A stretch of DNA of 64,000 nt from the human T2T-CHM13v2.0 reference genome, Homo sapiens: NCBI RefSeq assembly GCF_009914755.1, contig NC_060929.1; one strand, given 5' to 3'. Position numbers and translations under genes: made by a program. Positions 1 to 12,362 of the stretch are shown here, piece by piece. Position 1 is the stretch's first letter, and every line of letters starts with the position of its first letter. A model generated the notes under the pieces. That model was not told the DNA's origin. It was given only the letters and a program-made list of their open reading frames with translations, and made no database searches.

Positions 1-100
1 CATATCTTATGACTGTACAAAAAAGATTTGAGGTAATGTAAATTAAAGGCAAAATCAAAGCAAATGAAAGGCAAAACAATAAGGTCGATAAAATAAAAAA

Positions 101-258
101 GGCTGGGTGCAGTGGCTCACACCTGTAATCCTTGCACTTCGGGAATCTGAGGTGGGAGGATTGCTTGGGCCCAGGAGCTCAAGGTTGCAGTGAGCTATGA
201 TTGCATCACTGCACTCCAGCCTGGGCGACAGCAAGTCCTCACTGTAAAAAAAATAAAT
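101..258 (+). mobile_element. Alu monomer (FAM/FRAM-like)
   Basis: ggctgggtgcagtggctcac...gcactccagcctgggcgacag plus A tail; single arm. Confidence 0.85.
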
Positions 259-259
259 A

Positions 260-560
260 GGCCGGGTGCAGTGGCTCATGCCTGTAATCCCAGCACTTTG
301 AGAGGCTGAGGTAGGCAGATCACATGAGGTTGGGAGTTCGAGACCAGCCTGACCAACATGGAGAAACCCCATCTCTACTAAAAATACAAAATTAGCTGGG
401 CATGGTGGCACATGCCTGCAATGGGCTGAGGCAAGAGAATCACTTGAACCCAGGAGGTGGAGGTTGCAGTGAGCCGAGATCATGCCATTGCGCTCCAGCC
501 TGGGCAACAAGAGCGAAACTCCATCTCAAACAAATAAATACATAAATAACAATAAAATAA
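260..560 (+). mobile_element. AluS with a small internal deletion
   Basis: Dimeric Alu consensus; right arm lacks the cccagctact segment. Confidence 0.92.
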
Positions 561-1689
561 CAAAGAAAATAGAAAAAATTGATTAGATGTCACGATTAAA
601 TATAGATATGTTTTTGCATTTGTTGGCAGTCAGGGCAAAATGGGAACATAGTAAATTTTCTCTTATCACAAGGGAAGAAAAATCTGGCTCCTGAGGTGGT
701 TGTTATTTTTTTTGTGTTTTTCTTCTTCTAAATTCTAAAAGAAAGTGTCATGTGGGGCTTCATATAAATGACACAGATGTCATAGCCCTTTTTTTCAATA
801 TTTTTATGGTAATTACAGGCACAAATTACCAATGACTATTTGTTATAGAACTTTTTGACCAAAAATTTACTTCATATTTATAAATATGTGTATGCACAAA
901 CATGTTTTGGGTTAAAAACAGAATTTTTTTTCTCTAGAGGATTTTCAATGAGGAAAAAAAGCCTTCACTATTTACTTTTGTATTTCATATGTAGCTACAA
1001 ATTTGCTTAAATAAAATGAGCATTCTTTATCAGCCATTTGGCACAAATCTTAACCCATGGGGTAGGTAGGAATTTGACTATATCTCTGCACTTCCGCGAC
1101 TGTACCTGTAGATCAGAGGCAGGGCTATGTCATGAGCTGGTGGGAGGAATTCCTTTGTGTGGGTTTTGTATGGGCCTAGTAAATGTTTCCTTGTCTCACT
1201 AGCACTGTGGAAGGAAGTGCCTGCCGCCCACTTTAGCATCTCCAAAAAACACTGGGGTAATTTTCTCTGGATCTAGAAGAGGCCAGTTGAGTTGTTGACA
1301 TAACACATTTGAATTATATACCAAAACTGGAGTTAATCAAAACAGAGCTTTTCTTTTATAAAGTTATACAGGACCCCATAATAACTGCCTGTTTTATGGC
1401 ATGCTGATACGTAAGGTACCTTTCTCATAGAGACTCAATTGTTGTAAACCATCATCAAATAATGTAAATTGTGATGTCTTGAGAGGTGGGCCTATGTGTT
1501 ATTCTTCTCTGTGTTTAGAATTTGATATAGCTCCTGGCATATAAGTGCTTCCTATGAATGAGTGACAGAATACAAACTGATGAGTGACTTTTTTTTTTTT
1601 TTTTTTGCTAATAAAGATGAAGAGGTTACAATTAAAAGAGGAAACCTTCTTGACATGGATCTTATTGAGCCCATTCCAAAATACTAATT

Positions 1690-1990
1690 TTTCTTTGTTT
1701 CTTTGAGACAGGGTCTTGCTCTGTTGCCCAGGCTGGAGTGGAGTGGCATGATCATAGTTCACTGTAACCTTGAACTACTGGGCTCAAGTGATCCTCACCC
1801 CTCAGCCTCTCAAGTATCTGGGACTATTGGCACTCACCACCATGCCCGGCTAATTTTTATTATTATTTTTTAGTAGAGACAAGGGTCTTGCTATGTTGCC
1901 CAGGCTGGTCTCAAACTCCTGGCCTCAAGTGATCCTCCCGCCTCAGCCTTCCAAAGCACTGTATTACAAGTGTGAGCTACAGTATCCTGC
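1690..1990 (-). mobile_element. AluJ
   Basis: Reverse-complement Alu with J-type ctcaagtgatcctc motifs. Confidence 0.9.
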
Positions 1991-2019
1991 TTAATATTAC
2001 TTTTGATAGTTCTTTATCT

Positions 2020-2310
2020 TTTTTGTTTTGAAAGTTGGGGGTCTTGCTCTGTTGTCTAGACTAAAGTGAAGTGATGGGATCACTGTAACCTTAAACTCTT
2101 GGCCTCAAGTGATCCTCCTTCCTTAGTCTCCCAGTAGCTCTGACTATAAGCATGTTCCACCATGCCAGGTAATGGCATGTAAAAAATTTTTGTAGACATG
2201 GGTTCTTGTCACGTTGCTCAGGCTGATCTTGAACTCCTGGCCTCAAGGATACTCCTGCCTTAGCCTCCCAAACTGCTGGGATTACAGGTGTAAGCCACTG
2301 CACCTGGCCT
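2020..2310 (-). mobile_element. AluJ (diverged)
   Basis: Reverse-complement Alu ending gccactgcacctggcc. Confidence 0.88.
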
Positions 2311-2835
2311 ATTTTTAACAGTTCTTCATGGTGACTTACAAAGTTGTACCTCTATTGTGTCATATTGGTTTCTTATTTGGTTCATGGATACAGGGATTGT
2401 TTCCCACATGAGACTGTAAGCTCTTTGAGGGTAGATCCACATGTACATAAGACATAGGAATGTGCACATGATCAATGCTCACATAACACACACCTGTTAA
2501 TTTGCTATATCTAGTGGGTCTACAAGGTAGAAAAAAAGGTAGATGGATAGAGTAGAAGAAGTAATATTCAGAATAAGGATGGAAAATAGCAGGCAAGATT
2601 CTCTCCCAAACTATGTTCAGAACAGAGATGCTAATGATGATAGTTTTTTCCTCAGGGGTGTAAATTCTGCTTTGGCCTCCTTATCATAGTGCCCATAGCA
2701 CACACAGTAACAAATGCAGAATGGGAAGACAAGAATAAATCTATTTACTGTCCTGGATATAGAGTTTATTTCCCTACATTACACTGATAGCCCTGATTTG
2801 CCTCACCCTGTTTTTCAAAAGTAGATTAGAGGAAG

Positions 2836-3130
2836 GGCGCTGTCGCTCATGCCTGTAATTCCCAGCACTTTGGGAAGCCAAGGCTGGTGGATTGCTTGAG
2901 CCCAGGAGTTCGAGACCAGTCCGACCAACATGACGAAACCCCATCTCTACTAAAAATACAAAGAAATTACCAGGTGTGGTAGTGCACGCCTGTAGTCTCA
3001 GCTACTTGGGAGGCTGAGGCAGAAGAATCACTTCAACCTGGGAGGCGGAGGTTGCAGTGAGCCAGTGAGCCGAGATCGCACCACTGCACTCCAGCCTGTG
3101 CAACAGACCAAGACTGTCTTAGAAAAAAAC
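2836..3130 (+). mobile_element. AluS
   Basis: Dimeric Alu with a small cagtgagc duplication. Confidence 0.92.
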
Positions 3131-3200
3131 AAGTGGAAGAGTTCATTAAACAAACAGCTATAAACAATGAAAGATAAAGTTTTTAAAAAATGCAGCTTGT

Positions 3201-3206
3201 TTTATT
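3201..3206 (-). terminator. Distal polyadenylation signal AATAAA
   Basis: tttatt on +; several UGUA motifs upstream (3250-3340) and a U/GU-rich tract downstream (3145-3180) in transcript sense. Confidence 0.75.
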
Positions 3207-4489
3207 TTTATATAAACTAAAACACCAGAGTTCATCGATTCCTATATTAAATACATAAATTATAAAATAACCATTCATAAAACTTTACATACAGTAAGTT
3301 GATTCCAATCTCTACGGTAATACATACAGTACATGTACATATTCGGTGTACTTCAGAGGATCATTCTGGTGAAACTCAGTCAATTTTTATTTTTCTTTCA
3401 TTAATAAACAAGCACTGAAGTGATATATGGAGTCATGCTAATGAGATGGAAAGAAAGAACCCCAATTGAGGCAGTTGATTGAATGAAAGCTCTGTGAAAT
3501 TGGACCCTTGGCTACATTAACACAGTAAACACCTGGGGAATTATGTATTCAAACACATTAGCTCTATACTTGAGTCCCCAAAGTATTGGATCTTGAAGGC
3601 TAAAACATGCATGAACCCTGTTGAGATGGAATTTTTAGCTAATAAAGATATGGGACTTTTGGCTAATTTTAATACTGTAGATTGTGCTGAACTTTCTGTT
3701 GCTCTTTCAAAAAAAAAAAACATCAACCAACCAACCAAACAAATAAAAAAAACCTATTTGCTGGTTTATGGGCCTGGATAATTGAAAAACCGAGTGGTCT
3801 CTGCCTCAGTCAACAATTGGAAATAATAGTAGTGAACAGAAGGTGGGGTAAGGGAGAGAAGAGGTAGTCAAGGATGGGAAGAGTTCAAACACTAAATGCT
3901 CGACAAAAACATGAGTTCCCAGCAGAAGCAGCAGCAGCGCAGAAAAAACCTTTCTTGAAGTCCTGCATCCTAGAACAGAAGTACACGTTTAGTAAGCGCT
4001 CACACCATCATACTATGTACAGAATATATCTGTGCATATATTTACATCACATATTTATAAAAATGTTTGGATTTTGATCTGCCTCATTGTGGGAAGTTGC
4101 TATGGTTAATGGCTGGTATAGGCACAGTCTGTGAGATGTCAGTCAAATAGAAGTGTTGTTACTAACAGATGCTGGGGATCTGTTTTAGTTGGAAAATTGC
4201 ATCATCCACTCTTTAGTAAGTTCGTGGGATCTTGATTGTGGGCAAAATTGGGCTCAAAGTTGTTTAACTTTACCATTCTCACCCTACAGAACTTTGCATA
4301 TAACAAGGATGAAAATATAAGCATGGGTACAAAGACCGTAATGCAGAAAAAAACAAAAACAGGAACCCTCACCAAATCAACCACGTGTACCTCTGCCACA
4401 TTAATTTGAATATAGGAAATTATAATCCTATTTTTGCTACATTGCCCCTATAAGTATATCTTTAGTAGTTTTTTTCCTCTCTCCCTCTT

Positions 4490-4602
4490 TTCTTTCTTTC
4501 TTTTTTTTTTTTTTTTTGAGATGAGGTCTCACCATGTTGCCCAGGCCGTTATGAAACTCCTGGGCCCAAGCTATCCTGCCACCTTAGCCTTCTGAGTAGC
4601 TA
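4490..4602 (-). mobile_element. Alu monomer fragment in the 3' UTR
   Basis: poly-T followed by gagatgaggtctcaccatgttgcccagg. Confidence 0.8.
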
Positions 4603-5153
4603 TCTTTAGGAATTTTGATTAAGCATTGGACTTGGACTCCCAGCAAGAGATTTATTTAGGAAGAACTAAACCGCCAAACTAATGACAGCAAAGGATTGTG
4701 AATCTGCCCTGCCCCATTCTGAAATGGAATAATAGAATTTGGCACTTGAAGAGGCCTTACAGGGATTAGCTCCAACTTTCCATTATGTCTGTATCTTCTT
4801 GCCAATATGCCTGAAATTAGATCTCAAGATACTACATTATATAGAAATGACAAGGCAGTAGAACACAATGACATCTTTCCTCACTTAAGACCTAGAAGTC
4901 TGCTTAAAGAGGGGCTTGGGTCCATATTGGAAGCATAAACTCATGACATAAACAGTCATCTAAGATTTGCTTTGAATGTTTATCATTCAAAAGTTATATT
5001 GAATTTTTTCAATGTAATAGATAAATCTAAATTAGTAAAATGATAGAATTAAACTGCCAAAAGCTGTCATTAATTACCAAAACACTGTTATGAAAATTTC
5101 ACAAAAGGCAACAAGCAATGCAACTCCCAAATTACAGAGCAAATTTCTATTGC

Positions 5154-5189
5154 TCTGTGTGTGTGTGTGTGTGTGTGTTTGTGTGTGTA
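5154..5189. repeat. (TG)n/(CA)n microsatellite in the 3' UTR
   Basis: Direct reading; one interruption. Confidence 0.95.
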
Positions 5190-6901
5190 TTCTGTGCCAC
5201 TCTTTGACAGATTGAAATAATGCAATTAAATATTTTAAAAATAAAATTTCTATGCTGTCCATCTATCTTGATGTAATATAACACAGATGATCCAATTATT
5301 TAAACATCAACACAAAACCAATGAATATTCTTTTTACAGTTTCTACAAAAACCTAGGCATGTTAAAAAGACGTGCTTCATTTTGAAACAATGAACTTGTG
5401 AATTATGTTAAAGCAAACATAAGAATTACACAATGGGTTTACAGGAAAATTTGACAGTCAATGGGCAAAAAGGAACAAGTTTGCCAGAGATTTATTTAAA
5501 ATTGAAAGCAAAGTTGAAACAAAATACTGCAGCAAAATTTATTTGGCAAACTTTATTTCTCCTATTACTAGTGGAGAACACATTTGCTCTCTACCTAAGT
5601 GATAACCCAGGCCTTCTATATCAGCTCTACCTTATGGACTTGGGAAGACACATACAACCTGTATGAGCAGTTATTTGTGGGCCAAAAAAAAAAAAAAAAA
5701 TTAAATCAAGATCTATTCTTCCACCCCTAAAACCTAACTGTTGGTAATAATTTAATTTATATAGCATAAGTCAGAAGGGTTGTAATTTTTTTCAGCAAAT
5801 TCTATTTCCTAAAAGTAGGGTGGCATTAAAGAAAAGTTTGACATTCAATTTAGTAATAGATGCTTTTTAAGTATGATAGTCAAAGATAGTCTCTCTATGT
5901 TTTTCCCCTCTTTCATGAAATTTTTCTATCCTGAATAACTATTTAAATTGGGTCTTTTATTTATCTCAAATTATCTTTAGTAGTCAGTTATGTTTATTTT
6001 CCAGGGTATGAATATTTTATTGAGAAAAATTAAGTTAATGAACCCGGAAGAATGCTGTTCTGACTGCTACAAACTCAGTAGCCAAATGCATCTCGGTAGT
6101 ACAGATGCAGAAGTGGGGCCACAGGAAATCTCAGTTATTGATAACTTTTTTTTTTTTTTTTTTGCTATTGCTGAACATCCCATCCAAGGGAAGCATTCAT
6201 TTAAACACGGTCCATTTCCATGGATCCATGAGTGACTGGAACACATATCCACAATTTTGCTGATGCTTTTATAATTGTGAAAATGGATAATAGAGAGATG
6301 TATCTATTGAAATATTTATACTTTATTCAAGGATATATTCATTTTGAGGCTCATGAGCAAGAGTTGGTAAAAATTACAGTTCAGTCTATAGTCTTGAGAA
6401 ATTTGCTAATCTCCCAGATCTTAAGCAAAAAGAAAAAACAAGCAAACCTTTTGCCTGGCCCTAAACACATCTAAAGCTGCTTGGACAATCATCCTAGCTG
6501 TTGTTCTCATATGACTTATAGCAGATAAGCAGATTAGGTATATAAACCATACCACTTTTTCAAAAATTTCCAATCATTTAGAAATAGTTACTCATGGAAA
6601 TAAATTTTGACTTACAAATTTCTTGGTGGGTGGGAAAGCAAAATTAAGAGAAGGAAGGTGTGTGTTGGAGCAGACGGAATATAGATTTACTCATATGGGC
6701 CCTGCAACAGAAAGTGAAGAAAAATGGAAAAGTCTTAGATATGTGAGAGTAATTTATCTTCTTCCATATTTTCTGACTCAAGTTGGCTAGTGTTGGGTCA
6801 CCAACACTGTAGAGGCACCCTCTTTCACATTTCTTGCCTAATGAGCATATGGCTCATATTTAATCTGGAACCTACCTAGTTGAATAAAGAATCCAGCAGG
6901 A

Positions 6902-7199
6902 GGCCGGGCACAGTGGCTTACACCTGTAATCCTAGCACTTTGGGAGGCTGAGGCAGGCAGATCACTTGAGGTCAGGAGTTCGAGACCAGCCTGACCAGCA
7001 TAGTGAAACCCTGTCTCTACTAAAAATACAAAAATTAGCCAGGTGTGGTGGTGTGCACCTGTAATCCCAGCTACTAGGGAGGTTGAGGCAGGAGAATCAC
7101 TTGAATCCAGGAGGCGGAGCTTGCCATGAGCCGAGATTGTGCCAATGCACTCCAGCATGGGCAACAGAGCAAGACTCCATCTCAAAAAAAAAAAAAAAA
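6902..7199 (+). mobile_element. AluS in the 3' UTR
   Basis: Full Alu; TSD aagaat(c/a)cagcagga at 6887-6901 and 7198-7212. Confidence 0.96.
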
Positions 7200-7704
7200 G
7201 AATACAGCAGGATAGTCTGTTTTGTATCTTCCCAGTAGGGCATACCACCTGACTTTCCTCCAGAATAAAAGATAATCAAGCTAATTATGTGATACTGTCA
7301 GTTTGCTCCAAGCCTTTGTTTAATGACTGGCTCTCCTGTGGTAAAAGTGGGGTTCTGTATGATGGCATGCATATGCAATCAAGAGAGCTGGGAGATGCTT
7401 ATCATAGAAATGACACACTCTTCTATCTTGTTCAATAGCATGAGATGATCTATTTCCTATAGATTATTAAAGATCCTGGTTTTGAATCTCTCAATTTTTA
7501 TTGCTAATAATGTCCCAAGTAGCTTGATAAGCAAGCTTCAGTGCTATAGTGCTTAAATTTAACCAAACTGAAGCACTATTTTATTACATGAGGGAATCTT
7601 TTTGTCAACAACACAAGAAAGTCAAATAATACAGCACTTGTAATAATTACAAAGCACATTGTGCTACTTTAAGCACCTCTTGTTCTAAAATTGCAAATAA
7701 AACT

Positions 7705-7850
7705 TTATGAAAAAGCATTTTAACCCCATTTTGCAGATGAGGAAACTGAGGCACAGAGAGGTTAAGTGACTGGGCCAAAGATACCTGGGTCAGCAGTAAA
7801 TGTAAGAACAAAAAGTGGGACCCCAGCATTCTAGTTTTTATTGTACATTC
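7705..7850. mobile_element. MIR in the 3' UTR
   Basis: Core cccattttgcagatgaggaaactgaggcacagagaggttaagtgac. Confidence 0.9.
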
Positions 7851-8896
7851 TTCAGTTATTGTTCTGGCTTTGCAAATGCCAGTGCTAAAACTGAAGGATG
7901 ATAGTGAACCCACATATGGAAAGATTTGTATAGCATTTCATAGAAAGAATTTCTGGCTCCCTACACATATTCTCTATGCATGGGAATTCTAGCCCCATAA
8001 ATAAAACTTCAAAAATTTGAAAAATTGAGGTTGTTCTGTTATCTACAGTAAATGAGGTGTAAAATTAGCTTTTCAGGAACATACATTTGCTCTCAGAGAT
8101 GACTCCAAGACTCAGTAATACACAACTTAGGAAAAGTACCAGTCCTCTAATTGTCTCTGGTAGAAAATGACCTTGTCAGTAACATAATGTTATTTCCATA
8201 TAAAAAAGTAGAGCTATCTTGTTGCTGTCATCTGTCTGGGAAAAAATGTTATCACTCTAAACAAGAAGAGGTCAGAATGCTCTAGGCATGTGAGGATTCT
8301 TTAAAAAATAATAGTTTAGTTTAATATTCACATCTCTGTGGCAAACCCGACTCTTGGTAGAAATTTACTCATTGATTCTGCTGTGTTTTTGCCCAAATCA
8401 TATAGCATATTCATTTGCAGGCAATTTTAAGCAGCCATTTGAAAAACAGTATTTTGGAAATGAAAGATTCAGAGATGCTCTCTGGCCCATGTTCCCTATA
8501 GATGTTGGCGTTCTAAACAGAACTAAGTCAGGGAGCATGTGATTTACAGTATCATCTTCTTAGTTTTCAATATGAATGAGATCAGTCCATTGTTGATAGA
8601 GGAATGCAGATGTGAGAGTAGGACAAGGAAGCATCGAATCTGCTTTTATTTCACATGTCACATTCGCTCGGGTCCTTTGACTTCGTTACCAGTTTTGTTA
8701 TGGTCACTGTGATCCACTTCTCATCTGTCGTCTGTGGAATGAATTCCACAAGCTCCACCTTTTGCAGAAAAACAAAACAGAGAGTGTTTTTCTTCCCATT
8801 TACGATGCGGATGTCTCTGTTCCTGAGTTTAAAACAATCATAAAGACAGAAAAGCAAATCCCTGTAGTAAGAAACCAGACTTTTCAAATGAAACAT

Positions 8897-8902
8897 TTTA
8901 TT
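8897..8902 (-). terminator. Proximal polyadenylation signal AATAAA
   Basis: tttatt on +, ~500 nt into the terminal exon, with U-rich downstream sequence. Confidence 0.6.
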
Positions 8903-9400
8903 GTAAATAGCTCTTCATAGGTATTCCTCGTGCTTCACTCCCCACCCACCCTTGTTTTTTTTGTTTGTTTGTTTTGATCTTTTAAAATGATGTTTATTAT
9001 CAGGACTAGTGTTTCCATGGGGTGTGGTGTTACATTAAAATGACCCCCCTGCACAGCAGGGGTTGAATATTTCATTGTAACTTTGGTTCCATGCCCAAGA
9101 CACATCTTTGCTTGATCTGCAGAAACTAGTTCCATTGCTGAACTTTTTCTTTACACAATATATGTTTATAGTTCTTCTCTTCTGATTTGACATATACATG
9201 TTTCATTAAATGCAGCATATATTGTAGATTTTCAACAGGGTTGTGTAGGAACTGTCAAGTAAGAAACCTTGAATAATGGCTTTAAAATACACAGTTGTAG
9301 TCCTGGCTACAGGGTAGTTCTTAGCTTTTGATCTCCCTCTCACTGGTGTAAACAATTTTGCCATCTTTGAAGGTTTAGAAGCACTTGTCTTCCTGGGATC

Positions 9401-9421
9401 TTATCCATGTTTTCGGTTACT
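9401..9421 (-). CDS. JAKMIP2: JAKMIP2 terminal exon coding part used when the TM exon is skipped: SNRKHG-stop
   Basis: ttcctctgttttacag|AGT AAC CGA AAA CAT GGA TAA; matches recalled alternative C-terminus. Confidence 0.93.
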   Translation of the reverse strand, partial: SNRKHG

Positions 9422-9782
9422 CTGTAAAACAGAGGAAAAAAATTATTTATATATCAATTTTGTTAATAGCTGAATCATAAAAAACAAACTTTAAAAAAAG
9501 ACACAAATTTTTTATTCTTTACCACTGCTTTGATGTGTATGATCTTATGCAAGTTACATCTCTAAGCTTAGTTACTTTAATTTTAAGGGAGAAAATAGAA
9601 GTCTCTATGTCAAAGGTTGTTGCAACACAATGCATATAAAACAATTAATGGTTCTTGTCTCAAAGTAAGTTGCCTGAAATATTATTATCATTACTGCTTT
9701 TTCCTCTGAGGCCTTCCAAGGTGATAGCTAAGAAGTTAAATTGAATAATCATGCCCCAACATATCCATTTAAGATGTTATCT

Positions 9783-9978
9783 TATTTTTGAAACTTATTT
9801 TAGATTCAGAAGGTAAATGTGCAGGTTGGTTACATGGATATATTTCATGATGCAGAAGTCTGGGCTTCTATTGAACCCATCACACAAAAGTGAAAATAGT
9901 ACCCAATAGGTAGTTTTTCAAACACTGCCACTTCTCTACCTCCCCACTTTTGAAGTCTCCAGTATCTACTGTTTCTGC
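9783..9978 (-). mobile_element. 5'-truncated L1 3' end (L1PB/L1MA-like)
   Basis: atgtgcaggttggttacatggatata...gtacccaataggtagttttt; TSD aagatgttat at 9771-9780 and 9979-9988. Confidence 0.85.
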
Positions 9979-12071
9979 AAGATGTTATTTTAATAGCAGA
10001 CCTGTCTATTCCCTTCAGTGACTTAATTCTATGTCACATTTCCTCCCCAACAAAATTGTAACCATTGGCAAATTGTCTCCACCTAAAGTCCTGATTGAAG
10101 AACTCCCTGGGAATTCTGCCACACAGGTTTCTTGGTTGGCCCAGAGATGTCCCTGAAAAGGTGCTACCCTGGGGATGTGCCAGTCAGGACTCCTAGCCCT
10201 GTTCCTCTGTAAGTCCATATGTCTGAGTTTTCACTTGTGTAGAAGTCTAGGTCGTAATGCTGTCTTCCAATGAAAGCCAGAAATAGCACAGAAGATGTGC
10301 TATGAGGTTGTGCTATCATGTCCTACTTAAGGGAATGGCCTTTAGGGTCTGAACAACATGGATAGAGAAAATGGGATTTCTATTTTCTTGCTGTATGCCC
10401 AAAGCTAAGTTATTTAACTTCTCTAAGCCTCAATCTCCTCATCTATAAAATAAGGATACTGATTCTGTAGAAAGACTTTACTATTATTCCAGAAATGTTA
10501 AATCCAAAGTTAAATGTTAAAACCACAATCTAAAGTGGAGGAAAAGGAGGCACTTAGTACCCCAAGGATACTTCTAGTCTACCAACCAGGGGCAACTTAA
10601 AGATCCAAAGGCATATTTGCAGAGCCATTTTGCTCCCAAGACAAGGTTAGACTGGGATGGAAGAGTGACAGAGTCACAGAGGAGAACCTGTGGGAAGGAA
10701 GTACAGTGGTCGGGGAGAGATCACACTGAGGGAATGAGGAGGAGGTACGAAGAGGCGTAAAGATATTGATGGTGGATTCACAGAGGCATACTTGCCTCCT
10801 ATTGCTCAGACATAGACTTTCTCATCTTCCCTTGCTTATATGTGAGCAGAGAACTGAAGAGTGATGACAGGGCAGAGACAGGCGCTACAGCGTAGTTGTC
10901 TCCTTGCTCCACACTCCATCAAAAAGCTACCTCCTTAGCAAAAAGCTGTGGGTTGCACCACCAACGAAGGGAGCCAGTGAGGCAGTGGAAGAGTCTGGGC
11001 CTTGGCCAGACTGGGAATAGGGCAGTGGGCATCCCCTGCACACCCTTCTGAAGAATTCACACATATGTTGCCCAGAATGGCCAGCCTTTGGTCACCTCTC
11101 ATAGAAAAGATATCAAGTGTTGGTCAACAGTAGCCAAAGAAACATCTGCAATCACTGTCAAAGGAGTTGAGAGGGAGAATCCTTTTCCCTCTTCTTCCTC
11201 CCTGCTCTCCAGAACGGCTGAGCCTTGAAGAGGAAGAGAAGAGGAAGAGTTCTCGTAGAGTCAGACCCTGAACTACAGCTCCATGGGGGTACTTGGCTCA
11301 TGCCTAAGGGAGGATAAGGGAAGAAATGAGAATAAAACAGAGTCTGAAATTGAACTTTTAAACTGGCTTAAGACTTTTGAGGATTGAAAGTGACTGAGAA
11401 GTTGGGGGACCAACCTAATATTTAATTAAAAGATGAGAGAGGGAAATAAGACAGAGCCTGAGTGAAGAAAGCTATGATTTGAGAAAATAGATTGAGTACA
11501 TATTTACATTCCACTGGGATGAGAGCCCCAAATAACTAGTTACAAACACAACATTCTCCTATTCCATGGTAAATAAGAGAGTTGATCTGAATGTATATAA
11601 AAAATTCTTCAGGGATGTATTTTTGTTTGTGTGTTTTTAAATATAGAATAAATATACAAACACAAAAAGTCTTTTACTTGCAAACTTTCAATGTATAGCA
11701 TATCAAAGATTAAATCCTATATATTGTGTCAAAGCATGTATGCATCATTTCCACCTATCACAACCGAGGTAAAACCCCTCATTTGAGTAAACACATGTTG
11801 GTTTTAAAAACCAATGGACTTACAGGCAGTCCAGGCAGTCTCCTGGAATGTTAAGTTTCTATGAATTGAGAAGTACTTGTAAAAGGAACTATTATTTCTA
11901 TAGTGAAGCCAGATTTATTCAAATTAGCATTCTGAGTTATTGCAGTTACCCAGTGGGTAACAGGAGTTCTTTTTAACAGGTTGCATAACAGTGCTACAAT
12001 TTAGTTTCCTCATCTGTGGAAAACAGCAATTGCCACTATCATTTTTGAGACTTTACTGCATGCTACAAATT

Positions 12072-12362
12072 CTTTTTTTTTCTTTTTGATACAGGGTCTT
12101 GCTTTGTTGCTCAGGATGGAGTACAGTGGTGCAATCTTGTCTCACTGCAGCATCGACCTCTGGGGCTTAAGCCATCCTTGCACTTCAGCCTCCCAAGTAG
12201 CTGGTACTACAGGTATGTGCCCCCATACCCAGCTAGTTTTTGTACTTTTGTAGAGATGGGATTTCACCATGTTTCCCAGGCTGGTCTTAAACTCCTGGGC
12301 TCAAGTGATCCACCTGCCTCAGCCTCTCAAAATGCTGTGATTACAGAGCCACTGTGCCCAGC
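12072..12362 (-). mobile_element. AluJ
   Basis: Reverse-complement Alu consensus. Confidence 0.9.

Larger units (their letters stand above)
3175..9400 (-). other. JAKMIP2: JAKMIP2 3' UTR (long form ~6.2 kb; 3' end approximate)
   Basis: Repeat-poor AT-rich stretch from the last acceptor to the distal AATAAA at 3201-3206, beyond which an Alu cluster begins. Confidence 0.8.

Noticed and set aside
55-510. 151-aa ORF and the many similar ORFs (LSPRLECSG..., [13 protein letters not shown])
   Set aside because: These are translations of antisense Alu sequence, not genes
8733-8750. Inverted repeat TGTGGAAT-GA-ATTCCACA as a miRNA-like hairpin
   Set aside because: Only an 8-bp stem with a 2-nt loop, too short for a precursor
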